A stretch of 64,000 bases of DNA from an uncultured Poribacteria bacterium (GTDB lineage Bacteria; Poribacteria; WGA-4E; WGA-3G), in assembly GCA_951813565.1 (NCBI GenBank), contig OX638351.1, forward strand, positions 2,208,001 to 2,272,000. The letters run 5' to 3'. This document shows, piece by piece, positions 1-10,600 of the stretch. Position 1 is the stretch's first letter; each line of letters starts with the position of its first letter. A program made the position numbers and the translations under genes. The notes below the pieces were generated by a model. The model ran no database searches, was not told the DNA's origin, and saw only the letters and a list, made by a program, of their open reading frames with translations.

Positions 1-780
1 CCTGCAATTCTTGACTTCAAAGCGCAATTGGACACAGCAGGTATTGAATTGATCTTCGTTCCTATACCCGCAAAAGCCACCATCTATCCTGAGATGGTTT
101 CAGAACATGGGAAAATAAAACCACGTACTGACGAACAGCATCAAAAATTCTACGACATTCTGCAAAAACAGGGCGTGAATGTGCTGGACCTAACCGATCT
201 TTTCATAAAAAATCGGTTTGCGGATGCCGGCTCGCTGTATTGTAAACAGGATACGCATTGGTCTGGGTATGCATGTGTTTTGGCTGCGGAAACAATCGCA
301 GAAGCTATCGGCACGCCGCAGTGGATGGCTGAAATTCCAAAACGAAAAGCAAAACTTGAAACACGAACTGTTGAAATAACAGGGGATCTTTGGAAAGAAC
401 TCGGTGATAAGGATTTACAGAAGGAACGATTACAACTCACCTACGTCAAAGAAGATATAGAATCATCTGCCAAAACACAACTATTCGGCACGTCGTGGCG
501 AGAGAGTCCTATTGTTTTGTTAGGTGATAGCCATAATCTTGTTTTTCACGCAGGCAGTGGTATGCACGCTGAGGGTGCGGGATTACCAGACCATCTCGCG
601 CATCAACTTGGCTTTTCTGTGGATGTGGTAGCGGTTCGCGGTTCGGGAGCGACACCATCAAGATTGAATCTGTTTCGTAGACGCGACAAAATGAGGGGGA
701 AGCGAGTTGTTATCTGGTGTCTCAGTGTCCGTGAATTCACGGAGGGGCAAGGTTGGCGTAAGGTTCCAGTGTTAAAATAA
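1..780 (+). CDS. AlgX/AlgJ-like SGNH polysaccharide O-acetyltransferase domain protein (5' partial)
   Basis: Frame is open from base 1. Motifs 'LIFVPIPAKATIYPE', 'LYCKQDTHWS' and 'VLLGDSH' are typical of the ALGX family. Confidence 0.75.
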   Translation, partial: PAILDFKAQLDTAGIELIFVPIPAKATIYPEMVSEHGKIKPRTDEQHQKFYDILQKQGVNVLDLTDLFIKNRFADAGSLYCKQDTHWSGYACVLAAETIAEAIGTPQWMAEIPKRKAKLETRTVEITGDLWKELGDKDLQKERLQLTYVKEDIESSAKTQLFGTSWRESPIVLLGDSHNLVFHAGSGMHAEGAGLPDHLAHQLGFSVDVVAVRGSGATPSRLNLFRRRDKMRGKRVVIWCLSVREFTEGQGWRKVPVLK

Positions 781-892
781 CGTGAGTTCTGTGTAAGAAA
801 TATAAATTTTTAATTCTTGAATTCTACTCTCGTAACCGTGTTTCTCCGAAAACGAACAGCCGCTCTTGTGGGAGGTGTTTTCAATCCTAATA

Positions 893-1004
893 TATAGTAA
901 AACCTATAATTAATGGGACACTTCTGTAGCGCAAACTTCTGTTGTCCGTTATGTTTCCGAAATAGGTTTATCAAAGTGTCCCAATAATTTGAAAGTTCAC
1001 TATA
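893..1004. mobile_element. TA-flanked MITE (TATAGT...ACTATA ends)
   Basis: Imperfect terminal inverted repeats including gggacact/agtgtccc. An inverted, expanded copy lies at 57571-57847. Confidence 0.7.
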
Positions 1005-1074
1005 TAGGTTGAGGCTTATAAAGTCTTCCATCCTGGTAGGTGCGTTTTGTAAACGCGCCGTTTATCGTGTCTTA

Positions 1075-2227
1075 TACCAAATTAACGTGAGTCATATTGT
1101 GTTTTCCATTTTGCAAATCCACTGAAAACCGACATGTTCTTGCACCTTCTTTCTGTTTTTGGAGAACCACTGACACCTTTTCACAAGCACTTCTTCAAGG
1201 TCTGATAGCGTTCTAAAAACTTTATTGGCAACCACCTCTCGCAACAGAGGCCACAGCCGTTCGGCAGGTTGAAGTTCCGGTGTATACGGCGGTAAAAAAA
1301 ATAACTCAATACCTTGTGGGACATCTAAATCCTTACCCGTGTGAAAACCGGCACGATCTAATAAGAGGATTATCTCTTTTTTGCCTTCCGGGTTTACATC
1401 CCGAGCAAACTCTGCCAACGCAAGGTTCATCACTTCAACACTCACACTCGGCATCAGAAGCCAATAGGTCTCACCCGTCTGTGGACGGACAAATCCGAAA
1501 CCATAAAGCCATTTATATGACGGACACACCGAGGCTGTCGGTCTTTCACCTTGCTTCGCCCAGACACGCCGATGAACCGGCAATAATCCCACGCGTGCCT
1601 CGTCTTCTGCCCAGACTTCTACCGATTTCTCCGGGTGCTGACCTTCAAGCTCAGCTACCCGCTCCCTAAGTTTTTTTTTAATGCTTGCTGCTCATCTGGT
1701 GTTGCAGCTGACTGATGTTGAGGACGAGGTGTTTGTAAAGTATAACCGAGACGCTTGAGATATTTCCAACCTGACACATCACTGACAGGACGCTTGAGTG
1801 TCTCGGATATCCACGCAGCCACCTTCGGACCTGTCCACAGACCGCCATCAGCAGGAGGCGAAGAAAGTGCAGCTTCAAGGGCTGCTTGCTGTGTTTCATC
1901 CAAAATACGCTGGCGTCCATTGTTTTTGCGTTTGTCTCGCATAGCTGCTTCGCCTTCAGCGTTGTAGCGTTTGAGCAACTTCCGAACCCAGTCCGGCGTG
2001 CATCCTACAATCTCAGCAACTTCGCGAGGTGTTCGTGGATGTGTGGTATCAGCAAGAAGCCAAATAATATGCCAGTGCGTCCGTTCAATAGGACATTCAC
2101 ATTCAAGATACCTTTGTTTCAGAACTTCTACTGAAAAGTGAGGGGAAACCCCATGTTTTTTATTTTTCATCTGATCACAATAACACATCCAAAAAATAAA
2201 TGCAAGAACAATCATGTTAATATGTTA
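1075..2227 (-). mobile_element. IS630-family insertion sequence
   Basis: Imperfect ~18-bp terminal inverted repeats (taccaaattaacgtgagt / aatcatgttaatatgtta), with TA on both sides (1073-74, 2228-29). Encodes HTH and DDE ORFs. Confidence 0.85.
1092..2170 (-). CDS. IS630 transposase, two ORFs joined by a -1 frameshift at an A9 run
   Basis: HTH ORF ends ...LKKNLGSG. A -1 shift at A9 (1671-1679) gives KKLRERV...VWAEDEARVG, then LDRAGFH and LPPYTPELQPAERLW (DDE_3 motifs). Confidence 0.85.
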
Positions 2228-3217
2228 TAAAAACGTATTCGCTATTTCCAAGGCTTCATCCCATGCCTCTGTAGGAAGTAGATGTTCAATGAGCATGTGT
2301 TGTATTTCATACGCAGGAATGTCTTGATCCATACCGAAGAAAAGGTACTTGCCTGTTTTTCCTGCTTCATTCGCTATCAGACGCATAGTTGGCGACGTTG
2401 TAATTAAGACGACACGAATTCGCTCGTCAGCAAGTAATTCGTGATAATCTAATGTGTAGTCCACATTGATATCAACAGCAAGTTTTTCTGCCAATTCCTC
2501 TCGCGAATCACTTACGCAGATAACCTCTAATCCTTCAACAGCATGTGCGTTGGTTGCGAGTCGTCTCCCCATTTCGTCACAACCGATAACGCCGATTCCG
2601 ATTGATTCCATCATTTTTTCCATTAAGTTCGTTGAAGGTTGAAAACTTCCTAAGGTTTCACGTACCATGTGATCCTCCTTCTGTAAACGTTGGCGGGCGC
2701 GATAGAGACGGCTTTTCACCGTGTTTAATGATACGCCCAAAAATTGGCTTATCTCTTTAACCGAACTTCCAGCGAGGTAATGGAGTGTAATCACGATCCG
2801 TTCACTTTCTGGCAATTTCTGGAGGAGACGTTTGACAAGATCAACCCGTTTTTCTGATGCACGTTCTTCACGTTGTTTTGCCGTATATTCGGAATAGAGG
2901 TGTTCCTCAAGTTCCACTGTTGGCACGGTTTCCAGCGATTGCATATGAGGCGATCTTTTTTCGAACCAAGTGTTGCAAAGGCGATTCGCTATCACATAGA
3001 GCCATCCTGCAAACAGATTTGGATTCTTCAACGTGCCAAGATTTTTGTAAGCTCTCAGGAAGGTATCTTGTGTTATCTCTTCAGCGACGTGGAAATCTCC
3101 GGTTTTTCGCCATGCAAGTGCGTGGACACGTTTTTGGTATTTCTGCACGAGAGCAGTAAAAGCGTCCTGATCACCAGATAACGTGCGTCTAATCAGTTCA
3201 AAGTCAGTGCTTTCCAT
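2225..3217 (-). CDS. ECF RNA polymerase sigma factor fused to a Gfo/Idh/MocA-like N-terminal Rossmann domain
   Basis: Region 2 'AEEITQDTFLRAY...WLYVIANR' and region 4 'LGVSLNTVKSRLYRAR'. C-terminal 'IGIGVIGCDEMGRR...DYHELLADERIRVVLITT'. Confidence 0.85.
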   Translation of the reverse strand: MESTDFELIRRTLSGDQDAFTALVQKYQKRVHALAWRKTGDFHVAEEITQDTFLRAYKNLGTLKNPNLFAGWLYVIANRLCNTWFEKRSPHMQSLETVPTVELEEHLYSEYTAKQREERASEKRVDLVKRLLQKLPESERIVITLHYLAGSSVKEISQFLGVSLNTVKSRLYRARQRLQKEDHMVRETLGSFQPSTNLMEKMMESIGIGVIGCDEMGRRLATNAHAVEGLEVICVSDSREELAEKLAVDINVDYTLDYHELLADERIRVVLITTSPTMRLIANEAGKTGKYLFFGMDQDIPAYEIQHMLIEHLLPTEAWDEALEIANTFL

Positions 3218-3252
3218 GTCTCTTCTCCAAAATTGGCTATCTCATAATGCAA

Positions 3253-3287
3253 AGACTCTGATTTTAGTTGCAAAGGTTGCATAAAAT
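3253..3287 (-). promoter_or_regulatory. Putative autoregulatory ECF promoter (GCAACC-N16-GAGTCT)
   Basis: 16 bp (3272-3287) are identical to the upstream region of the second ECF gene (49564-49579). AAC -35 core with 16-bp spacer. Confidence 0.6.
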
Positions 3288-3469
3288 TAGCAGAAATGGA
3301 GGGAAATCTTAGTTTTATCTGAATTCGGCGTAATTTGTGTGTTTGTGTGAAGTGTAATTTGATGGGAAAAGTATAGCATGTTTGAGGTTAAAAATGAAGT
3401 TTTAGGATTATCTGAAAATCAAAACCGACAACCGATAATTCAAAGTCAACAACCAGTTCTGAAAATAGA

Positions 3470-3498
3470 TTGACAAAATATAGATTAGATGGTACCAT
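3470..3498 (+). promoter_or_regulatory. sigma70-type promoter TTGACA-N17-TACCAT upstream of dgoD
   Basis: Consensus -35, 17-bp spacer, TG extension. Confidence 0.55.
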
Positions 3499-3534
3499 AG
3501 ATAAAATTGTAGGCATGCTTAGTGTGCCATAAAG

Positions 3535-4647
3535 GTGAACCCTATGAAAATAACGAAATTAGAAACGTTTCTTGTGCAGCCGCGCTGGCTCTTTCTAAAA
3601 ATTCATACCGATGAAGGATTAGTCGGTCTCGGTGAACCGATATTAGAAGGACGCGCGAAAACTTGTGCACAGGCAGTTGATGAACTTGCGCCTTATCTGA
3701 TCGGTAAAGACCCAAGACGTGTTGTACATCATTGGCAGGCGATGTATCGCCACGCATTTTACCGTGGAGGCCCTATTCTTACGAGTGCGCTGAGTGGCGT
3801 TGAACAGGCATTATGGGATTTAGCAGGAAAATCGCTCGGTGTTCCAGTATATCAGCTTTTCGGCGGACCAACTCGCGATCATATAAGATTGTACAAAGGT
3901 GGTGGCGATCCAGAGGGAATTAAAGAATGGATTGACAAAGGGTTCACGGCATTTAAAACAGGTGTTGCAGGTGGCAGACCTGCCCGTATCATCGAAAACA
4001 AAGCTTTTATTGACAGAGCCGTCGAGCATTTTGCTGCACTGCGTGAAGCCGCAGGCACAGAGGTTGATTTAGCAATAGATTTTCACGGTGCGGTGAGTCC
4101 GCAGACAGCAAAGGTGTTAATTAAGGCGTTGGAACCGTATCAACCGATGTTTGTTGAAGAACCGATACAGTGTCAAAATGTGGACACACTTGCAGAAATT
4201 GCGCGCAGCACACATTTACCGATTGCAACAGGTGAGCGGATTTTCACCAAGTGGGGATTCCGTGAGATTTTAGAGAAACAGGCGGCATCCATTCTGCAAC
4301 CGGATTTGTGTCATGCAGGGGGTATCAATGAAGTGCGGATCATCGCGGGAATGGCAGAGGCATATTACGGTGGTATTGCACCACACAACCCACTCGGTCC
4401 TATTTCGTTAGCAGCGTGTATTCAGTTAGATGCTTCCATTCCGAACTTTGTGATGCAAGAACATACAACCCTCGGTGAAGGGTATCTTAAGAATCCATTT
4501 GTTTTCAAAGATGGGTTCGTTGAACTGCCGACGGGACCCGGTTTAGGGATTGAACTTGATGAAGACGCACTTGAAGATAAAATTGACCACGACTGGCTGA
4601 ATCCAATGTCATACCATCCTGATGATGGCTCTGTTGTGGATTGGTAA
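3535..4647 (+). CDS. dgoD: Galactonate dehydratase (enolase superfamily); likely start ATG 3544
   Basis: 'MKITKLETFLVQPRWLFLKIHTDEG', 'FYRGGPILTSALSG', 'IDFHG', 'APHNPLGP', 'DDGSVVDW'. Confidence 0.9.
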   Translation: MNPMKITKLETFLVQPRWLFLKIHTDEGLVGLGEPILEGRAKTCAQAVDELAPYLIGKDPRRVVHHWQAMYRHAFYRGGPILTSALSGVEQALWDLAGKSLGVPVYQLFGGPTRDHIRLYKGGGDPEGIKEWIDKGFTAFKTGVAGGRPARIIENKAFIDRAVEHFAALREAAGTEVDLAIDFHGAVSPQTAKVLIKALEPYQPMFVEEPIQCQNVDTLAEIARSTHLPIATGERIFTKWGFREILEKQAASILQPDLCHAGGINEVRIIAGMAEAYYGGIAPHNPLGPISLAACIQLDASIPNFVMQEHTTLGEGYLKNPFVFKDGFVELPTGPGLGIELDEDALEDKIDHDWLNPMSYHPDDGSVVDW

Positions 4648-4768
4648 ATATATATCGGGTTTACAAAACCCTCCAACAAGAAAATATAACGGGCTTTCAA
4701 AACCCTCCAACAATTTGAAGTAAAGGTCGCGATTCGGAGATCGCTCCTACAATATGATTTAATAAAAT

Positions 4769-5569
4769 ATGAAATTTATAATGTTCACAAAACATCTGGA
4801 AGGTTTAGAAATTCCAGATATTATCACTGCATTAAAAGCAGTGGGCGTTGAAGGTGCTGACCTTTGTGTTCGTCCCGGTTATCCGGTAAATCCTGAAAAT
4901 GCGGAGAAAGAATTACCTGCAGCCGCGAAACAGTTTGCGGAAGCAGGTTTGTCTATTCCACTTGTTACTTCCCCTGGAGATTTTTTAGACCCCTCCACGG
5001 ATGAAACAGTCCGCGTTTTTGCTGCTGCAGGTGAAGCAAGTGTCGAAAATATCAAATTAGGATATTGGCATTGGCATGCAGAGGATGGTGGATATTGGGC
5101 TCAGGTTGATTTTATTCGCACTCAACTTGACGGGTTCGCAAAACTCTCAGAAAAATACGGACCTCGAACCTGTATTCATAATCATTCGGGAACCTCTATG
5201 GGGCTAAACTCATGCGCGGTGATGAACCTTGTAAAAGGGTTTGATCCCCAACATATCGGTGTTTTTGCTGACACGGGACACCTGTCTATTGTTGGTGAAC
5301 CGATTAACATGGCACTTGATATTGTCAGATCGCACCTTGCTGTGATTGCCTTCAAAGACCTCGCGCGTTCCCCCGGAATGCGAGGCGGAAAAGTCGTTCG
5401 CATGGGCAAAGGTTTTGTTGATTGGGAAACAACTCTTGACACATTAAAGACGATAGAATTTTCAGGACCTGTTAGTTTTCATAGTGAATACGGTGGTGAA
5501 CCCGTGGATAGTGTGGTTGATCTCGCTCGCGTAGATGTGCGATTCATTCGCGCTTTGATGGACAAATAA
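4769..5569 (+). CDS. Sugar phosphate isomerase/epimerase (xylose-isomerase-like TIM barrel)
   Basis: 'HNHSG', 'DTGH', 'AFKD', 'GKGFVDW', 'SFHSEY'. Confidence 0.8.
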   Translation: MKFIMFTKHLEGLEIPDIITALKAVGVEGADLCVRPGYPVNPENAEKELPAAAKQFAEAGLSIPLVTSPGDFLDPSTDETVRVFAAAGEASVENIKLGYWHWHAEDGGYWAQVDFIRTQLDGFAKLSEKYGPRTCIHNHSGTSMGLNSCAVMNLVKGFDPQHIGVFADTGHLSIVGEPINMALDIVRSHLAVIAFKDLARSPGMRGGKVVRMGKGFVDWETTLDTLKTIEFSGPVSFHSEYGGEPVDSVVDLARVDVRFIRALMDK

Positions 5570-5578
5570 GGAGTTAGC

Positions 5579-6391
5579 ATGGGACAATTTCAGTTAGGGT
5601 TAAATACAAGCACGATTCGTCCTGCCGATTTGATGGATAAAATTCGGATTGCAGGGGAAACCGGTTATACGGCAATAGAGTTGTGGAATAACGATTTATC
5701 GGATTACGAAGAGCAGGGCGGTTCACTTGCTGATGTGAAAAGCGCACTTAACGATCATGGGCTTTCTGTGCCGACCGTCATTGCCTTGCACGGATGGCTC
5801 AACACTACAGGCACAGAACATCAAAAAGCAATTGAGGATGCCAAAAAACGGATGGCACAAGCCGCCGCTGTCGGTGCGACTTATATCATCTCGAGTCCAC
5901 CGCGTGAAGTAGCAGACTTGCAATTAGGCGGTGAGAATTATCGCGAACTGCTTGAACTCGGACGAGAATTTGGCGTAAAACCTGCTATGGAATTCCTCGG
6001 CTTCGTTAATGGTGTTAATCAGGTGAAACATGCGTGGGAAGTGATAGAAGTTGCTGATCATCCGGATAGCACGATTGTGCTTGACCCGTTCCATATCTAT
6101 CGTGGTGGCGGAGAAATAGAGGATATGGAAGGTATTCCCGGCGAAAAAATCGCTGTGTTTCACTTCAACGATGCGCCTGCTGAACCTGCGCGTGCAGAAC
6201 AAACAGATGCAGATAGAGTTTATCCGGGTGATGGTATCCTCGATCTAAAAAGGATGATCTCTATTTTGAAAGATGCAGATTATTCGGGTGTTATCTCGTT
6301 AGAACTGTTCAATCCGAGTTATTGGGAGGAAGACCCTGCAGAGGTTGCGCGGATTGGGTTGGAAAAGATGCGTGCTATCGTGGAATCATAA
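5579..6391 (+). CDS. Sugar phosphate isomerase/epimerase (IolI-like)
   Basis: 'AMEFLGF', 'LDPFH', 'FHFNDAP', 'DRVYPGDG', 'SLELFN'. Confidence 0.85.
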   Translation: MGQFQLGLNTSTIRPADLMDKIRIAGETGYTAIELWNNDLSDYEEQGGSLADVKSALNDHGLSVPTVIALHGWLNTTGTEHQKAIEDAKKRMAQAAAVGATYIISSPPREVADLQLGGENYRELLELGREFGVKPAMEFLGFVNGVNQVKHAWEVIEVADHPDSTIVLDPFHIYRGGGEIEDMEGIPGEKIAVFHFNDAPAEPARAEQTDADRVYPGDGILDLKRMISILKDADYSGVISLELFNPSYWEEDPAEVARIGLEKMRAIVES

Positions 6392-6462
6392 AAAGTGTTT
6401 CTGCGCTTTGTTCTCATGATAAAATAAAAAAGTGAATTTTTGGAAAATAAAGGAAACATTGA

Positions 6463-7611
6463 ATGAGTTATATTGATGGATTATTGTCATCGTTGACACG
6501 CGTGAAAGATGCGCGGTCTCTTCGCGCCTCCTCGTGGGATACCACCGGACGCAATAACGATGCATGGAATATTGCGCCCGGTGAAACTCGCGTGCTTGCC
6601 GACATCAAAGGACCGGGATGTATTAATCATATCTGGATGACACAACCAAACGGGTATCGGAACGTGCTAATTCGGATGTTTTGGGACGATGAAGAACACC
6701 CAAGTGTTTTGTGTCCATTGGGCGATTTTTTTGGACTTGGAAATGAAATCGTTAACTCTTACGATTCCATTCCGTTTTCAGCATCTACGCACAGCAACAA
6801 TCAATTTAATTCAGGGTGTGCGCTCAACTGTTATTTACAAATGCCTTTTAACCGTTCTGCTCGTGTTGAACTTGTCAACGAAGGTGACACATCACACCGC
6901 CAATATTTCTATATTGACTATGAACTATATCCATCGCCGCACGGTGAGGATATAGCCTATTTTCACGCGCAATTCCATCGCGAAAACCCGTGTGATGGAT
7001 GGGGACATGAAATCAAGGTCAACACAGCAGAAGCAAATATCATAAATGCTGAACGTCTCGCGTGGGATAACAATTATCTTATTTTATCCGCAGAAGGAAA
7101 AGGACACTATATCGGCTGTAACCTTTCTGTCAGCAACTTCCAAGGCACGTGGTGGGGTGAAGGCGATGATATGATTTGGATTGATGGCTACAAATGGCCG
7201 CCAGACTTACATGGCACAGGGTCAGAGGATTATCTCAATCAGGCGTGGGGTATGCAACAGAACGCATTCGCACATAACGGTTCATCTATTCACGAAAACA
7301 GGACCAACGGTTACCAGACATCCTATGTTTTTCATTTAGAAAACCCTATCCGTTTTGAGAAAGAGATTCGGGTAACAATTGAGCACGGACACGGCAACCA
7401 TCTCAGCAATGAGACATCCTCTGTCGCATATTGGTATCAGATAGAGCCGCATAAACCGTTTGGTGTGCTACCCGTTGGACAGCGCAAACCGGTGCTAAAA
7501 GATGAAGATGAGAATTGGATCATTGACGAAGCTAATCAAACACCGTCATCCGACCTTGTTCTCAACGATGAAATGGAACAGAAAAAACAGCAGTGGCAAG
7601 AAAAACAATAG
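6463..7611 (+). CDS. DUF2961 / GH172-like glycoside hydrolase
   Basis: 'GPGCINHIWMT', 'PLGDFFG', 'WWGEGDDMIWIDG', 'GTGSEDY', 'IEHGHGN'. Confidence 0.85.
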   Translation: MSYIDGLLSSLTRVKDARSLRASSWDTTGRNNDAWNIAPGETRVLADIKGPGCINHIWMTQPNGYRNVLIRMFWDDEEHPSVLCPLGDFFGLGNEIVNSYDSIPFSASTHSNNQFNSGCALNCYLQMPFNRSARVELVNEGDTSHRQYFYIDYELYPSPHGEDIAYFHAQFHRENPCDGWGHEIKVNTAEANIINAERLAWDNNYLILSAEGKGHYIGCNLSVSNFQGTWWGEGDDMIWIDGYKWPPDLHGTGSEDYLNQAWGMQQNAFAHNGSSIHENRTNGYQTSYVFHLENPIRFEKEIRVTIEHGHGNHLSNETSSVAYWYQIEPHKPFGVLPVGQRKPVLKDEDENWIIDEANQTPSSDLVLNDEMEQKKQQWQEKQ

Positions 7612-7651
7612 ACACAAATTTCTGCCCTAAATTGACCAGAGGAGATATAAA

Positions 7652-10600
7652 ATGCTGACGTTTTTCCAACATTTTCTTATCGGAAAAATGGACGAAGAAA
7701 CACAAAATGACGAGGAGGCCGTTGATCAAGAACAACCGGAGTCAGAACATCAAAACGAAACTCCTGATCCTGATTCGCCTGAACCTGTTGACGAGAACGC
7801 TGAATCGGATACCTCTAATGATGCACAACTGGAATCTGATTCAGACGCACCGTCAGAAGATACAGAAACACCTCACCCCGAAGAAACACCAGAAACTGAT
7901 GAAGTATCAGAAGTTGAAGTAGTATCTGAGGTAGAAGAAACACATGAACCTCAAGGAACATCTGAAATTGAAGAAACTCCAGAAGTTGAGATGATGCCTG
8001 AAACTGAAGATATACCCGAGGCAGATCGGACATCCGAGTCTGAAGATACACCAGTGGAAGATTCACCACCTGAAGTTGAAGTGATGTCTGAGACCGAAGA
8101 TGAAACATCTGAAACTGAAGAAACATCCAAAACAGACGAGACACCTGAAACTGAAGAAACACCAGAGGAAGAAGCGTCACTTGAAGTTGATGAGACACCC
8201 GCTCCAAGCGAACCGCAAATCCCTTATTCTCTTGGTGAGAGCGAGGAATTGTTCGATTTCGTTGCGATGTTTGAGGAGAGCAAGTCCTCTGGTGCTGAAC
8301 ACATATCTGCTAACATGGCAGATTCAGCGGGTGGCGTTACCAAACCTGCCCTCTTTGAACACCCATCACCGACCGATTCTGCTCGAATTGTCTATGAATT
8401 AACCCTTCCTTCAGTTGAAGAAAACGAAAACCTCTGTTTATATTTTAGTATCGGTCTAAGAGATGGTGTTGTATTTGATGACCCGCAAAGGCAGCCCGGT
8501 GGTGTGAAATTTTCTGTTGAAATTGCTGGCGAACAATGTTTTGAAGCTGTTTCAACAGCGTGCCAATGGGCTGAAAACGGTGTAAATTTAACTCGCTATG
8601 CTGGCGAAAAGGTGGAACTTGTTTTTATCACGCAATGTAATGTTGAGGGGAATAGCAGTTTTGCATGGGCATTGTGGGGGCAACCGAAACTTCTCAAACT
8701 CACTCGGACAGGAGCTGCTTCAACGGAAGAAGGTGCTAAGAATCCACAAGGAGTGCCTTCAGAAATACAGTGTGGACTTGCGATTGCGAAATTGCCTGAA
8801 GATCGTACAGCGCTGTTTGAATTCAATCGTGATGGTTGGACACCTGCCCATGAAATTGCGGCTGAAATCTATAATCAATTAGACATTGAACCAATTGATT
8901 TGACCCTCTATGCAGCGCAACCGAAATTAGAAATCGTAAGTGTAGGCACAACAGCGGCAGTTGTTTGCACAGGTGAAGCGTTTGAAATCCAATGCACTAT
9001 TAAAAACGTTGGTGCTGGACCTGTCGGAAAGGATAGTGGCACGCGACTTAGTATCAGTGATATTAAGTTAAGGCGCGGCAGACCTTCACATAATGTGAAG
9101 ACACTTGCACCCGGTGAAACATCAACTTTTGTATGGTACGTACGTGGTGTTCCACGTCAAACTGACCTTAAATTTTCGGTTTTGCTTAAGTCTCGGGCCC
9201 TCAAACTTGAAGAACGGATGAGAGGCGTTGTTCAGATGCGTCCGGCACTGCCGAAACTTGAAACGCAAGTCATTCCGGAACTCCATACCTACATGGATGG
9301 CGAACATGTGGTGCTTGGTAATAAAAATCTCCGTATTGTGCTTGTTCATAGTGGAGAACAAGCACAACCGAAGAATCGAAAATCCAATAAGAAACCACAG
9401 GAAAAATTCTTGGAAGGTTTTGAATATTACGCGATTTTCGTATCGAAAGGAAGTACCTATCAGCAGGTAGCAACTTCCAAAATGATTGCTGAGGTAACTT
9501 ACCGCTCTAACGACACCGTCCACAACCTAAAATTTGTTCCAAATGATGTGCAGTTAGCTGGAAATAGCCTTGGAGAATCCATTGTCCGCTTGACAGGTGA
9601 ACATAAAGATTCGGATGGTGTCACGTGGACGATTCAGTTACAGTTGATCCTCACAGAAGATGCAAAACGCGTCAAAGCGATATATCGTTTAGCCGTTGAT
9701 GGGGAGCGTCAACTGCTTGCTTTCCGAGGCGCAGAAATTTACGCTGGACACAAGAGTAGTCGGGAAAAGAAAACTGCAGCCCTATTCCCCGGTTTGGAAT
9801 TTCTTGAAGATGATGAACCTTCTTCAAACGTCCGTGATGCTGCGCCTCCGCTCAATAACCGATTGGTCCCGCATCCCTATAAGATTACTGTTCCGGTAAT
9901 GGCAGTTGAGATGCAGAAATCGGTTGTCGGCATTACTTGGAATCCATTGCAAAGTTGGGATGGTGAGGCACAAAGTGTCTCTGCTGTGTTTGCTTCACCG
10001 AATTGGCATCATCAGGAGAGAAATCATCTGATGGGGCTTTTTGTTCCGACTGTGCCAGAGTGGGTGAAGGAAAATACGCTTGTTGCTGAAACTGCTTACC
10101 AACTAACGCCGAAACAGCCTATCACAATTGATTGTCAGATTATTGCTGATGGAAATGCCACTATCTTAGATGCAATTTCGCATTGGACATCCGCGTACGG
10201 TAAGCCTAAACCGCTTGAATCCCCTCGAAATGATGAAGAGGAGGTATTGCTCTCACGGCACGGTTTCATGCATACTATCTGGGATGAAGAGGCAAGACAA
10301 TCCAGACACTGTGTAGATTGGGCTTCTCATAACGAACCCGGATTTGCTACTTTACTTTGGTATGATTACCTTGTGACGAAATCTGAAGATGTTAAGGCAC
10401 GGATCAAGGAAATAGCAGAGAAAACAATTGCTGATGTTGGTGCTGATGGTTTGGCTGCACGAGGATCATGCCATATACTAAGCGGAGAGTTTCCCTTCTA
10501 TTATGGACATTTGGACGCTGCGTTAGGATACTATGAAGCTGAAGTGCAGCCCATAATTGAGTCTCAAACCGAAGATGGCAGCTGGGGTTTTCAACCGACA

